A stretch of 64,000 bases of DNA from Octopus sinensis (GCF_006345805.1 NC_042999.1:150288001-150352000); one strand, 5' to 3'. Shown: positions 36,773-51,610, counted from the first letter of the stretch. Notes: generated by a model not told the origin, from the letters alone. Numbers and translations: made by a program.

Positions 36773-39707
36773 TTTTTAACTTACAGGAAGGAAGGGTCTA
36801 GTAAAGAATTTATTGTTGCTCGCAATTACTTGATACACAAGGCTAAAGTGGACATCTAACTTCCTCATTGCCATGCTCAGCACTAACATGGAAATTGATA
36901 GTCTTGTAAATGCAGTTAAGGCTTTCCATTGTATTTGTGTCTATTTTGATTTTGGGCATAGTTTTATTAACTGGATTCCTTTCCTCTCACCAGCCTCTTT
37001 ACATCATGGATTGAGTGCATTTTATTGTACCACCAACACCAGAAAGGTTATCTGCCAGGACTAAAAAAAAATATCTACACTGTGTCAGTTTTATTTAGTG
37101 TTACTAATCTCTTAGCTAAGTTGCCTTTACTGTGGATTGTGAAGTCCATCTCTCCTTTATTCAGTGTTACTGCTCACCTGGAATGATTACCTTCACAACC
37201 AAAGCCTTGTGAGTGGATTTGGTAGATGGAAACTGAAAGAAGCCCATTGTATGTATGTGTATGCATCTTTGTGTCTTTGTTTGTCCCCCACTACCATTTA
37301 GCAACTGGTGTTGGTTTGTTTACAGCCCCCTAAACTTAGCAGTTTGGCAAAAGAAACTGATTGAATAAGTATCAGGCTTAACAAAAAAGTACTGGGGTTG
37401 CTTCATTCAACTAAGATTTCTTCAAAAGTTATGCCCCAGCATGGCCACATCTAATGACTGAAACAAGTAAAAAGATAAACAGATAAAAAAAAGACACGTT
37501 TTTGTTTGTGAGTTGGTTAAGCATTTAATCAATTAACTGATCACGCGTTTAGTCAATCATTTAGTCAATCAATCAGCCAATCAGCTTGGTTTATTAAAGT
37601 TCTTTCATCACTATTTGCAGCTACCTCAATGACTTGTCCTCTTTATACCAGATCTATTTCATGTCTGTCTGTCTGTTTGTCTCCTAGTTGACAAGTTTCT
37701 TCACTTTATAATCATTATCATCAATAACATTTTTTTTTCTGCTCAAGCAGTATAAGAAACCTGTATTCCACTTTCAGCATCATCTCACATTCGTCTTTTC
37801 TCTGCAAATCTACTACTTTGTTACTGTCAATAAAAACTGCACTTCCAACAAATTCCTTTGTGAATATTATAATTAACTTTTCTTATGATGAAAGAATTTC
37901 TCTGCCAATGGAGGTGCCTGAAAATCTTGCAGTTACTGTCAACACAGCCACAGTTAACTATATTACCAATATCATAACTGGTGCCACAATTATTCATACT
38001 TAGAATATTTTGGTAGTGGAACCGGTCAGTCACCTTAACTAAAACCCCTTGACGAAAGTAAATTGTCACATCAATCATTATTATTATTATTATTTGATAG
38101 TTTCAGGCAAATTTATTATTGTTATTATTATTGTTGTTGGCAGTCAGCTGGAAGAACTGTTAGCACTCTCAAAATTACAGACCCTGTGACTATTATATAA
38201 AGGATTAGGTTGGCTTTATCTTTCATCCTTTCATTGAGCTCTTGTGTTAAGGTAATCAGTTTAACCCCACTGCCCCTAATTTCTGACCTTGTGCCAAAAT
38301 TTGAAATCATTGTTGCTGTTGTTGTTAAGGTGCATGGCTTAGTGGTTAGGATGTTACACCCACGATTGCGAGATCATGGTTTTGATTCCCAGATCAGGTG
38401 TTGCATTATGTTCTTGAGCAAAACACTTCATTTCACGTGGCTCTGCGACCATTTCGTCATCTAACATGTGTCACATGGTGCCCCTGTACAGGTAGTGTCA
38501 ATTTGTTGGCGGGAGTGAGCTTATGTGAACACAAACATTTGATCACCATAAACAAATCATCTTGGTGGTTGTTCAGCAAGGAATTGCAGAACCTTCATAT
38601 GTCATCTAACAATGGGAGGAGAGTCCATGATCATCATCATCATCACCACCACGACCACCACAAAGTAGAGAATGGCAGAATTGAGGGGCATCTTGCAGTA
38701 TTTAGTCTAGATCTCTCAGGGGTTGATTTTTGCCTTCTATTCTTCTATTGTTTATACAGTTAGTAACAGTGGAATATTGGTAGTATTTGAATTGTTCATA
38801 ACCATCACTTTCAGAATTTTCTGCTTGACACCTGAAATAGAAACCATCCTTATTTTCAGAATGGTGAATGGTGATGGTGTGGGGTTTGTTAAAATAAATA
38901 CCAAATATTGTAGTTGATTTAACTAACCCTACCTCATCCCCAAAAATATTATGGTATCATGCCAATGTTAGGAATTATTGTTATTTTAGTGCAAAAAATA
39001 CCGCTGAAGTCAAATTGGCTTTACGTTGTTCTGTAATCAAGCAAATAAAAGACCAGTAGTCCAAGACTAATGGTCTTTTCTCTTACATTTGTGGTCTTCT
39101 GCCAAACATAGAAACCATTATTTTAGTCTAGTTGATGTTAAAATACCTTGTAGTGTTTAGTATTGTTGCTCTGTAAAGTAGTTAGCATTAGCCATAGAAA
39201 CCAGCCAAAACACAACTGGAGCTTGATGCAGATCTCCAGCTTGTCAGTTCCAGTCAGACTGTCCAACCCATGTCAGCGTGGGAAACAGATGTTAAATGAT
39301 TATTATAGTGATGATGATGACTTTATATATTGAAGTTAAATCCCATAGGTAATAATGGTTATTAGAGATGGTGGTGGGGTGTCAACTTTGTCTTGAATCC
39401 TTCAAGGGTCAATAATATAAGTACGAGTTTAATACTAGGCTCAGTCTAATCAACTATTCTATCCTCTAAATTTTGTGGCCTTGTATCATCATGCTGACAT
39501 GAATCAGAAGGGTTATTTGCTTCTCTCCTAGATGAGTTAGCAGACTACATCTCATTCACAGGTTTCATTTTTGGTTTGGTTTGTACAACTGGATGCTTTT
39601 CCTGACACCAACCACTTTGCAGAGTGTACTAACTGCATTATATCATGATGTCAGCACTAGACAGGTTGTCACATATTCAACAAGGGTAAGGGGTCTACCC
39701 AGCCCTA

Positions 39708-40070
39708 CATCATCATCATCATCATTTAATGTCTGTTGTATATGCTGGCATGGATTGGATGGTTTGACTGAGTTGGCATGCTGGAAGATTGCGTCAGGTT
39801 CCAGTCTGATTTGGCATGGTTTTCTATGACTGGATGCCCTTCCTAACGCCAACCACTCTGAGAGTGTAATGGGTGTTTTTATGTGCCACTGGCACGGGTG
39901 CCATTTGCATGACACCAGGGTGTGTTTACATGCCACTGGCATGGGTGCCATTTGCGTGACACTAGTATCTGTCATGGCTGCAATTTTGCTCAGCTTGACG
40001 GGTCTTCTTCTCAAGCATGACATAATGCCAAAGGTCTTGGTCATTGCCTCTGTGTGGCCCAACACGCGAA
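39708..40070 (-). mobile_element. RTE 3' fragment (last codons plus 3'UTR)
   Basis: LGHTEAMTK...LRRRPVK resembles the RTE C-terminus at 44336-44460, followed by the shared UTR core and (CAT)n tail. Confidence 0.8.
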
Positions 40071-43000
40071 AGGAACTCAGTCACTTTGCCCCCATGAGGC
40101 CCAACACTCAAAAGGAACTCGGCCACATAGTGCATTTTATCATGTCACCAGCACATCTAACTGTTATTGTGTTGCTAAGGAAAAAGTGGAAGAAATAATA
40201 TTGATTTCAAATTTTGGCTCATTAAGCAATTTCAAGAGACGTTAGATCAACCCTAGTGCTCAACTAGTACTTGTTTTATCAACCCTAAAATGAAGCATTT
40301 TATCCAGTGTTCATTTACATTCTGAATCCTTATCTTGCCACAGTTAGTTTTGCCTTTCATTTTTTTGGGGGTTGATATTTTCTGCTGTTCTTTGGCTTTG
40401 TGCCTTTGTTAGACTTCACACACTTTTTAGCAACCCACTTCTTAACTGCTAATCATCCCACTTTTGCTGATATTCGCCACTTCTCTCTCTTACTATTACA
40501 CATCTCTATTATCTCTTCCTATCTATCACCTGCTGCATCATTGAGATGTTGTCCTCACTATAAATAAAAATGACATCAGTGAGATGTTGTAAAAACTGAC
40601 TCTAACCATCGCAACCTATTCGATCCATGCCAGCATGGAAAGTAGATGTATGATGATGATACCGATGACAACTACTACCACCAACACTATCATCATAACC
40701 ACCACCACCACCACCACTACTACACTCATCATTCTTTTAAATAGATTTTTCCCACTTTGAAATCATTGAAGATATTGTACAATTTCATTATTATTTTATT
40801 GTGTTTTATCTGAAAAATATTAAAATATACAACTACTTATCCACAAGACTGCTACCCTTTGAAACTTAACATGATCAAACATACTTAGAAATTCTTGCTA
40901 ATGGCATCTTTTGAAAATTTACTTCCTTTTTAATAAAATTCCACTCATGTCTTTGATGTAATTAGTTCTTTGTGGAAAGGTTCCTTGCAGATATAAGCTT
41001 CTGTTACTTATCAAATTAGCCTTTAAGTAAGTTATAACATGACTAAACACCTTCACAGCTAAAGCCACTCTCAGCATTTACCGTTTTCTTCTTTGGTCAT
41101 GTCATTATTATCAATCAAGGAACTGTAGGAAAGAAGAGTAAAACAACAGATTAAATTCTTTGTGACACTTTGCATTCTGAGTTCAAATCTTGTTCAGGCT
41201 TCCAAGGTCCATAAAATAAGAACCATTTGTTATACCTCCTCAAGATCTATAGTTCATTAATCAAGGTTGATCTGATGTCTCCACCTCTGTATGAAGGCCT
41301 GTGGAAGTTTTCTCTTTTTTTTTTCATTAAGAAGACTAGCTGCTTGTCAATGCATGCAAATCACTCCTCTATGCCACTGATGTTGTCCAAAGAAAAGGCC
41401 ATTGGTTTAAAACCAATACAACTTGGCACCATTGATATCAGACCTCAAATGGATCAGATATTGTTAGGTTTCCCATCTGATGCCCTAGCTGTTCTGCCAA
41501 TCCACTGTTCTGGATTGATACTTTTATATATCAGCCCTGAAAGGTTGCAAAACAAAAAATTACTTTGGTAGGAATTGAACACATAGTGCAGAGAGATGAT
41601 ACACAAAAGAAGGCTCTTGTTGAGTGGCTTAAATATAAAAATTTGAACCAGAGCTTTTCCTTGTCCAATAACATGAAGGAAATGACCATTTTCCTGGGGG
41701 ATTGTTCCAATATTTGAGCAAACATAAATTGGTGAGCTGGCAGGATCGTTAGTACGCTGGACAAAATGCTTAGTGGCATTTTGTCAATCTTTACATTCTG
41801 TGTCCAAATTTTGCTGGGGTTAACTTTACCTTTCATCCTTTCGGAGTCAATAGCATTGGTACCAATTGAGCACTGAAGTTGATTTAATCAACTGCCAAAT
41901 TTGAGACCAGTATCTGAGCAAAGATGAGGATTATCAGAAAGACTAGAAGAAAAGAGTAAATTCTTTGTGCCATTTGACTACATCCTTTTGCATTCTGAGT
42001 TTGAATCCCATTCAACAATTCAATGTCAGTAAACTAAGTACCAATCAAGTATTGTGGTTAATATACCCGCTCAAGACCTGTAATCTTTTTGTGGAACTTG
42101 CATCAATTATGGTTAACCTCATATCTGCACTACTGTGTGCAGGTCTGAACAAGGTTATTTTGGTTGTTGGTCATGCAAGCAAGGATCTTGACTCTTCACC
42201 CTTGATGATGTTCAAAGAAAAGACCCAGTGTTGTCAGGATGCAAAGGACAGGATCAGAGACATAAGAATTCCCATCTAACACCCTAAAATATCTGCCAAT
42301 CCATTGTCTTAGATTCCCCCCTCCTTTTTTTTTTTTTGTCCTGAAAGGATGCAAAGCAAAACTGACAAGAGGGGGCTGGAATGTTCTTGGCTTTGGGTAA
42401 AAGAAAATATAGATGAATCAGTTATGATTTTATTCAACAAATTCCCTTCTCAGATTCACACACTTATTGCAGCAGGCTTTCAGTTTTTCCCTGTAAAAGA
42501 ACTTGGAAAGTTGGACCTCCCACCAGGCCTTTTGTAATACTCTTAAAACCAGGAACTTTTCAGTAACTCCTCATAAGGTTTCAACACAGAGTGCAAGCAA
42601 ATACCACAAGGCATTTTATTTAATGCTCTATTGACTCTGCTATTTTGCCCCCTTTCTCTAGTGTTGTATTTGTGTAAAAAATAATAATTATTATTATTAT
42701 TATTGAAGCAGTACAAGGCGGCAAGTTGGCAGAATCATTAGCATGCTGGATGAAATGTTTAGCAGTATTTTGCCCATCACTATGTTCTGAGTTCAAATTG
42801 CACTGAGAGTGGCTTTATCTTTCATCGTTTTGGTATCAATAAATTAAGTACCAGTGAAACACTGGGGGTGATGTAAATGACTAGACCTTTCCCCAACAAT
42901 CTCAGGCACTGTGCCTATTGTAGTAAGGATTATCATTTAAGCAGTACAATAAATTAATTAACAAAAGTGTGTAGTTATATTGCAAATTCAAGGTTTTAAA

Positions 43001-43329
43001 TTTAATACATTAGTCAATATGTGTTTTAAACTAATATGTTTTAAAATTAAAGATTTTGGTAATGGTGGCTGCTATTGTTTAACTTCATATCAAGCCTGAT
43101 GAATCAGAACTCTGATCAGAAGCATTCCAGATGTGTTCATCCTAGTTTCTTGTTTTCTTTTTAAAGCATAGTGTATCAAGGACTACATCCAAATGGTTAT
43201 GAAAATGTTTTCCTAAGGCGGCCCAATCGATGCAAAAGTAGGGTTGCCTTATAGCTATTTGAATGAAACACCTAGAAGTAATATTTATCTACTAAACAAA
43301 TATTTCCATGATATCGTGATGTTTTGCAG

Positions 43330-43367
43330 TGCCTGACTCATCCCCGATCCACATGATTGTAAGAGTT
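43330..43367 (+). CDS. Candidate short exon (PDSSPIHMIVRV)
   Basis: GTTTTGCAG acceptor, GTAAGT donor, only one open frame (phase 1 to 0). Confidence 0.15.
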
Positions 43368-43708
43368 GTAAGTTTAAAATGTTGCTGGAAGAAGTTCAGA
43401 TAACTATTGCATTTACTGATAACATCATATAAAATTTGTACGATGCATGTGCCAGAAGCCAGAAGTTGTATTCTTGTCAAAACATGAGCAGTAAAAACAC
43501 ATGACCTGCCATAACTGAACAGAAATAGATACATGACATCATCATCATCATCATCATCATTACCACCACCACTGTCATCATCATCATCATCATTGGTTTT
43601 ATGTTCGCTCTCAAATTCCTTCAACTCCCACCATCAAATTCAGTTTAAAGTCATAGCCAGACAATTATTAAATATTTAGTTCATTCATAGTGCTTTGACA
43701 GTAAATAG

Positions 43709-43740
<32 letters not shown>

Positions 43741-43823
43741 TGTCTTGTGTCCATATTATCTATATTTTGTTAATTATTAAGTTTGCATACAGCAGCTGTC
43801 CCTAGGTAAATCTCTGATTACTT

Positions 43824-43863
43824 CTCTACTGATGAGGTCTAAAAGACTGAAACATGTCTGCAG
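43824..43863 (+). ncRNA. Minimal type I hammerhead ribozyme motif (canonical core)
   Basis: CTCTA-CTGATGA-GGTCT/AAA/AGACT-GAAA-CATGTC-TGCAG. Canonical CUGAUGA and GAAA, palindromic ACAUGU, GUC triplet, basal G-U in stem II, imperfect stem I. Confidence 0.65.
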
Positions 43864-43909
43864 TTGTCCCTTTACTGCTAAGATCTAACTTATTTCTTTC
43901 TGCATGGCA

Positions 43910-44578
43910 TCATCATCATCATTTAACATCTGTTTTCCATGCTAGCATGGGTTGGACAGTTCGACTGGGGTCTGGGAAGCCAGGAGGCTGCACCAGGCCC
44001 TGATCTGATCTGGCAGTGTTACTACAGCTAGATGCCCTTCCTAATGTCAACCACTCCGAGAATGTAGTGGGTGCTTTTTATGTGCCACTTGAACAGGCAC
44101 CAGAGGAACTGGCATCAACCATGATCGGATGGTGCTTTTTACGTGCCACTGGCATGGAAGCCAGTCAAAGCAGCACTGGCATCGGCCACGTTCGGATGGT
44201 GCTTTTTACATGCTACCAGCATGGCGGTCGCAACTACAATTTCCATTTGATTTGATTTTGGTATTGATGTTGATGTAGTTGACTCAATAGGTCTCCTCAA
44301 GCACGGTATGTCGCCCTACGATCCAAGGTAATTTTTTGAGTGGGCTGGTTATGCGACACTGGTGCAGGTTACAGCTGTGGACTCACTTTATTTGCCAGGT
44401 CTTCTCAGTCACAGCATGCCTCCAGAGGTCTTGGTCTTTTGTCATTGCTTCTGTGAGGCCCAACTGTTCGAAGGTCATGCTTCACCACCCCATCCTATGT
44501 CTTCCTGGGTCTCCCTCTACCCCGGATTCCTTCCACTGTTTGGGAGTGGCACATCTTCACACAGCTCTCCTCGTCCAT
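43910..44578 (-). mobile_element. RTE LINE 3' fragment: ORF C-terminus, 3'UTR and (ATG)n tail
   Basis: MDEESCVK...GRGRPRKT*...GLTEAMTKDQDLWRHAVTEKTWQIK* (one stop, one frameshift), continuing into the UTR that defines the abundant tail family. Confidence 0.9.
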
Positions 44579-45450
44579 AATTAATTAATTAAAATTCATA
44601 GCTTACTGCATCAAATATGCTAATGCCAACTTGCGTAATAATCAGCTTTAAGCTGGATGGCCATTAAAAGACTATTTTTGCTACTAAATTGGTGATGTAA
44701 GTATTCATCTAAAAAAAAGATGAATTTCATAAATTGTTACAGAAAAAGACCTAAGACATTAACGATAGTCATTAGAAAATGACTTAGAATGTCTAATTAA
44801 GTTAAGAGACAGGTCAAATCATAGTCATTATCTTGTCTAAGATCTGTCTTTTCTTTTGCAATATATTTCATAAAAGATATATCCTGTAATTATTTGTAAT
44901 CACATTTATTTTTGTTTTTAAAGAAAAGCAAAAACAAAAAAATCCTTGGTTCTTAAATGTTAGCTTACGCCTTTTACTTTATCCTTCCTCTTTTAATATT
45001 ACATCTTTTTAAATCCTTTACCACCACTTGACAGATACTAACTTGCAAGTCATCAACCACAAAATGTAGAGATTATGAAATCAACTCTTCCTTTACTAAT
45101 AAATATAATAAAAGAATACTCTCTGTTCTTTAGGGTCACTCCCTCTTTTTTTTTTTCATATGAAGGTGCTTAGCTTAGTGGTTAGGGTGTTGTTCTCATG
45201 GTCATAAGACCATTGTTTCAATTCTCAGTCTTTGAGCAAAACTTTTCATTTTGCATTGCTCTAGTTTACTCAGCTGTAAATCAGTTCCAGCAATGGTTGG
45301 GGAGTTAACCCTCTGATGAACTGGTGTCCCATCCAGTGGGTAGTATTTAACCTTAGTTGCTTACATGCCAGGGAAACAAGTTACACTATGGATTTATGAG
45401 TCCCAGAGCTTATAACAGACCCAGGTCTAAGTTTCTATCATAAACTCTAT

Positions 45451-45481
<31 letters not shown>

Positions 45482-47986
45482 TTTATTTGTAGCAGATTAA
45501 AAATATGCAGAGATATCTGCAATACAGTTACCTATATCAGTTTTTCTCTATTTTTCACGATGTCACTCAAAATATAAACTCCTTCCAGTTGAAGTGACAT
45601 TAGAGATTCAAGTAATATAACATATCCCTACAAACATGAGTGCAGGAATGAAATTTGCTTTGGGGCTGCAAACCCAGGTCCAAAGATTTTTTTTACGAAC
45701 AAGGTCAAGTTTTTCAATCTTAATATCAAAATAAACACAGGTATAATAATAATAATAATAGTAACAATAATAACAATAATAACAATAACAATAATAGTAA
45801 TAGTAATAACAACAACAATGGTTTCAAAGTTTGCTACAAGGGCACCAGTTTTTGGGAAGGGGATGAGTCGATTACATTGACCCCAGTGTGTAACTGGTAC
45901 TTATTTTATCAACCCTGAAAGGATGAAAAGCAAAGTTGACCTCAGCGGAATTTGAACTCAGAACATAAAGACAGATGAAATGTTGCTAAGCAGTTTGCCT
46001 GGTGTGCTAATGGTTCCGCCAGCTCGCCACCTTAATAATAATAATAATCATCATCATCATCATCATATTTATACATCAGTCAAATCAGATAAATCCAATA
46101 ATAGAAAAATAATGTTTCAAATTAATTCAAAAGTATTTGTTTGCTTGTTTTGTTTTTGTGATGAAGTTTTTTAGGAGGATGTTCAAAGCATTTTCGGTGT
46201 CCCATCAAAATTTTAGGGCATGTACTTGCACCCACTGCATTCCCTGTTCCTCAGCCTGTGCCTACAAAGGTTGAAGTACACATTTTGAATTAGACAGCAT
46301 TTATAAAAATAAGGTTTTACATGTAAACATGTTCTATATAGGTTCATGTTTATAAGTCAATACTGCAATTCAAGTGTTGTAGGAAACACAAATATACATG
46401 ATTGGCATTTAACGTTTCCATACTTGCATCGGTCAGATGGAATGTGTTTTCTGAGTTTATTGAGGCAAATTTTCTGTAGCCAGATTTCTTCCTATTTCCA
46501 ACCCTCACCTGTTTCCAATCAAGGTAATATCTTCCCATAACTTGACATGTTTTTCATGGAAGACTGGAAGCAAACAACCTCACTTGTATGATAGTGATGC
46601 TCATTCACAACCGTCATGCGATGGCTAGACAAAGGTAAGCACAAACATACACACACATACGTGTGTGTGTGTGTGTGTGTGTCTGTCTACTAAATCTACT
46701 CACAAGGCTTTGATTGAACCAGGGCCTATAGTAGAAGACCCTTTCCCAAGGTGCTGTACAATGGGTTTGAACCTAAGATCACATGGTTGGGAAACAAGCT
46801 TCTCCATCATATAGTCACAGTTGCAGCTATGGTAGTTATGCCTGCACTTTTTAGCCATACCTGCATCTACATATATTTGTGGATTAAAGTTCTTTTTGTG
46901 TCAAACATACAGTGCAAAAGGAAAGATATGTGAAATTAAAGTGCATAAACTGGGTAGTGTGTTGTGTTCTTGAGTAAAACCCTTCATTTCATATTGCTCT
47001 AGTGCCGTGTGGGGATCAGCATGCCAAAGAACAGACCCAGTGTTTCCTCTTTGTGTTGTAAAAAGGTGACTGAAAGAGGTTGAAGTAGGATTTGCCCTCT
47101 GACCTCATAAAACCCTCACCAGAAATGACTACCCAAACAGATCCATGGGTTGGAGAGTTACCTGAGTAGTACAAAGGTGTCATCTGCCAGGATTAGGAAA
47201 TCATCAAAAAAGGGTGGATGCAGCTATATGCTGCTAGAGCACAGGTCCAGATACAGTACAGTACAGTTTGAGTTGAGTAATTCGGTAAACAGTAATTAAA
47301 CTTTTTTTTATCTCATTCATCATCAACATCTAACGTCCATTTTCTATGCTGTCATGGGTTGGACAGTTTGACAGTGTCGGTGAGACAGAGCAATGCACCA
47401 AACTCCAAAGTCTGTTTTGGCATAGTTTCTATGACTCGATGTCCTTCCTAACACCAACCAATTCACAAAATATACTGGGTGCTTTTTATGTGGCAATGGC
47501 ACTAGTGAGGCAACCAAGTAATTTACAAGACAATATTCTTCAACTTAGGTGAGAGTAGTATTGAGGGAGGTGGCTCTATGCCAGGTGATGAGGGGCTAAA
47601 GCATGATAGAGGGACAAGAATTGGTGTTTTGCTGTAGGGAGGGATATGTGGTTATCCCAAATGGGAAAGAAAGATGGTGGTAATATGTCTGGGCAGACCT
47701 TCAAGTTATAGAAGGTGAATTAAAATATGTTTTACTTGGACATGTCTGGCTAAGATGAATCTACTTTTTTAATGATCTGTATTACATTGGTATTCACTAT
47801 TACAACATCGAAGATTAGACTGTATCCTTCATAGCTGTCTCTGCTTTGTGAATCATCCTGTTTTGGAAGAGATATCTGTTCAAATTACATATTTGAAAGC
47901 TCACACAAAAAAGTGATACACACACACACATGTGTGTGTGCTGTATGTATTTATATATATATATAGGTATCATCATCAATGTATGA

Positions 47987-48034
<48 letters not shown>

Positions 48035-48934
48035 GTGTGCGTGTATGTATGTATGAATGATGTATATTATACATCTTGAAGAACTACAATACAAAACTGC
48101 CATGTTTTCAGCTTCAGGCAACCTCACAAAGATTCACACAATATATAAAGACATTTCAGACTCTTGTTGGCCTAATTTCAAAAGTGTTTCCTTCCTTTTA
48201 CATTGAACAACAACTTCAATCACAATCTCCTTTCTGCCTTGCTAGGCGTTAGGAAAAGTAGTTCTTAACAAAAGACTAACACTCAAACCATAACCCCATA
48301 TCAGGCAAAATAGACAAAGTTTATTACAAAAAGTTTTAACTATTACCAAATTATTTATATTTTTCATAGTTTTTTTTTTAGCTTTATTACTTTTCTTAAT
48401 TTCCTGTCCTTTCAGAAATGCAATTAAAGAAACAATATAAAATCTTTAATTAATATAGCCACGAGCCAGGTTGTGTTGTTAAGAAGTATGCATTTCAACT
48501 ATGTAGTTTCCAACCAATGCCTTGTGAGTGAATTTGGTAGAAAGAAACAGTGTAGCAGCCCTGTGTGTGTGTGTGTGTGTGTGTGTATGCGTGTGTGCAT
48601 GCCTGTGTGTTTGTGTAGTCCTCCACCAATGCTTGGAACTATGTTGGTTTATTTATGTCCTTAAACTTAGCAGTTTAGCAAAAAAGAGTCCATACAATAA
48701 GTACCAGACTTAAAAAAAAAAGAGTTGATTTGTTTGATTAAACCATTCAAGGCGGTGCCCCAGCATGGTCACAATCCATTTAATGAAACAAGTAAATGAT
48801 AAAAAGTAATGTTAATTTCTTAAGAAGGAGTGAAGCAAGAAGTTATTACCTTCTTGTTTTTCTTAAGACATTTTGTACAGTTGGTAAAAACCATGTCTTG
48901 GATTCCATTGATCATCAAGCTAATATCATTCCAC

Positions 48935-49168
48935 AAAGGCTGGCGAGCTGGCAGAATCATTAGCATGCCAGGCGAAATGCTTAGTGGTATTTTTCTGCCA
49001 TTACTTTCTGAGTTCAAATTCCACTGAGGTCGACTTTGCCTTTCACCCTTTCGGGGTCGATTAAATAAGTACCAGTTACCCACTGGGGTTAATGTAATTG
49101 ACTTAATCCCTTTGTCTGTCCTTGTTTGTTCTCTCTATGTTTAGCCCCCAGTTGGCAATAATGAAATA
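48935..49168 (+). mobile_element. SINE family B (Meta-domain-like), full-length with 13-bp TSD
   Basis: TSD AATATCATTCCAC at 48922-34 and 49169-81, B box GAGTTCAAATTCC, central GCCTTTCACCCTTTCGGGGTCGATTAAATAAGTACCAG. Confidence 0.88.
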
Positions 49169-51114
49169 AATATCATTCCACATCATTTAATGTCCATATT
49201 CCATATTGGCATGGATTAAATGGTTCAAAATGATCCTACAAGCCACCTGTGAAGGTTTGTGGCTTAGTGGTTAGGGAATTCAGTTCGTTGTGTCCTTGAG
49301 CAAGACACTTTATTTCACTTTGTTCCAGTCCACTCAGCTGACAAAATTGAACTATACCTATATTTACAAAGGGCCAGCCTTGTCACATTCTTTGTCATGC
49401 TGAATCTCCCTGAGAACTACATTAAGGTTAGGTGTGGCTGTGGAATGCTCAGCCACTTGCACATTAATTTCATTAGCAGGCTGTTCTGTTGATTGAATGT
49501 ACTGGAACCCTCATTGTCATAACTGACTGAGTACCAATTGTATTCCACTGTCTGCTGTGGAAAGGTTTCTGTGGTCAAATGCCTTTCTTTATGCTTACAA
49601 CTTAACAGAGTATACTGGGTGGTTTTTCATGGCACCAGCACTTGTGAAGTCATCAAGTAACTCATAAGACAAGGCCCTTTAAGGAGTGGGGGCATAGAAT
49701 TGTGGGAGGTGACTTTGTACCAGTTGTTTAGAGGCTGTATTATGATTGGAGTAGAGGAACAGGTGTTTTGCTGTAAAGGAGATACATGGCTGCCCCAGCA
49801 GGAAAGGGAGAAAGGATGATGAAATGAGGAGACAGGGCACATACCTTCAAGATTCAAGAAGGTAGAAAAAAAGAACAGGGTCAGAGAATCAAGAATGGCC
49901 GAATGAATAGGTAGGTTTATAAAAATGGGAAAAGAGAGGGACAGACATTAGATATGAGGATAGAAAAATTGAAAGGAAATTATTAGTTATGTAAAGAGCA
50001 AACTCAGTTTTACAGTAAAGGGGAAATGGGAATCTGTGACCATCATGCTTTTCTCAGTGGTTTCAACAATTCAATTACATCAAAGTGAAATTGTCTGACC
50101 AGGAATCAAAATTTAAGGAGTAAACATTTTCGAACCCTTTCAGTTCAACAAATATCATCAATAGCCCATCAATTTACCAATTCAAAATACCTGAAAACAC
50201 CTCTCTCTCTCTCTCAAAATAAGGACCAGTAATATATATAGGTGTTGATTTGGATTTTGCTCTCCTTCCAGACAAATACTGATCTGTTGCTTAATCAAAA
50301 TAGATCAGTATTTTTCTCTAAATTCCTTCAAAGAAATTCTCTGCTCGAAATATCAGAACTTATGTCTCTTCATTCCATGTTGACTTAACTTGTTTTACAA
50401 ATATTTTAAAATCAGTATTTTTATTGCAAACAAAGTTACATGTCTTTATTCCCCAAATGTCTTTGGATATCACTTTTAATAACAATAAGTTTATTGTACA
50501 CAGTACTCACATGCACTATATGTCAGAAGGGTAAAATAAGGGACAGAAAGCAAAAATAAGTCAATGTAGGTTGTCTATTCTATGCTTTGTTCTGGTGTAC
50601 AAAAATGTTTCCAAACATCATGGGTGCTGCACTGTTTATTTTATATTTTATTTTATTTTATAAGTGTGCCCACGTGTGGCCAACATTGTACATGGTGACT
50701 TGTTAACTTAGGCAAAAATCACAAATATATGAGTGTTTCAATTAATCTCAGAATATTACTGGTGCTCGTTTTATCAACTTCAGAAAAATAAGTCTCTGTA
50801 GGATTCAATCTCACAACACAAGGAGACATAACTAAATATTACAAGACATTTACTCTGGCAGTCTAGCATTTTTGCAACCCCAATGTTCTCATATTTCTAC
50901 ATATTAATCAAATTTATTTTCCATATTTATTCATGTATAAGTTGTGCTCCGAATTCAGTGTTAAATATTGGTACAAGATTTTTTCCCTTCATAGTTTTTG
51001 CTTTAACCCATGTATATTGCACCCCAGTTTTTTCCAGTTAAAATCAAGTAAAAAATAGTGCACCTTATACATGAGTAAATATGGTACCTCATTTTTTTGT
51101 GTTTCTGTCTATAC

Positions 51115-51305
51115 CAGTGGTTCTCAACCATCTTTTACTTAATGATCTATTTTACTTAGATGGACCTACATTGTCACTCAATATATATAATTAAGAATAG
51201 TATTAAAAAATTATAAATATTTTGTGTATTGTAAAAGTATAACCAATTTATTGCTTATAAATTTTAACAACATAATCTTATACGGACCCTGGTTGAGAAC
51301 TACTG
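51115..51305. mobile_element. hAT-type MITE
   Basis: TIRs CAGTGGTTCTCAACC / GGTTGAGAACTACTG. 8-bp flanks GTCTATAC and GTGTATAT (2 mismatches). Confidence 0.8.
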
Positions 51306-51382
51306 GTGTATATAATATTTCAATTGGCTTGTTACTAATCACCTTCAAATATGATATTTCTACAAACATACTAAATTTTTAA

Positions 51383-51610
51383 CCCTTTAACATTTAAACA
51401 TCTAAACTGGCTATATTGGGCCCAAATATTCTACCTGCTTTATGTTCAAACTGGTCAGATCCAACCTCTCACAACTATCTTACAATATCATTCTAAGACT
51501 AAACAATCACATCATCAAAATTTCAAAGCTACAAGATAATGCATGATTCATTAAAAACAATGTGAATAAATTAGCATTGCGTTTGATAGAATAATCCAAT
51601 TGCTAAAGGG
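51383..51610. mobile_element. piggyBac-type MITE, subfamily 2
   Basis: TTAA-CCCTTTA...TAAAGGG-TTAA. Internal sequence is like 17210-17424. Confidence 0.85.

Noticed and set aside
37760-38835. Minus-strand exon chain continuing the 63.3-kb signal-peptide candidate
   Set aside because: Joining the 38.8-kb and 37.8-kb candidates creates an in-frame TAA at the junction.
42130-42279. AGLNKVILVVGH resembling a nucleotidyltransferase strand
   Set aside because: Short match only, no usable donor before the stop, and no supporting neighbouring exons.
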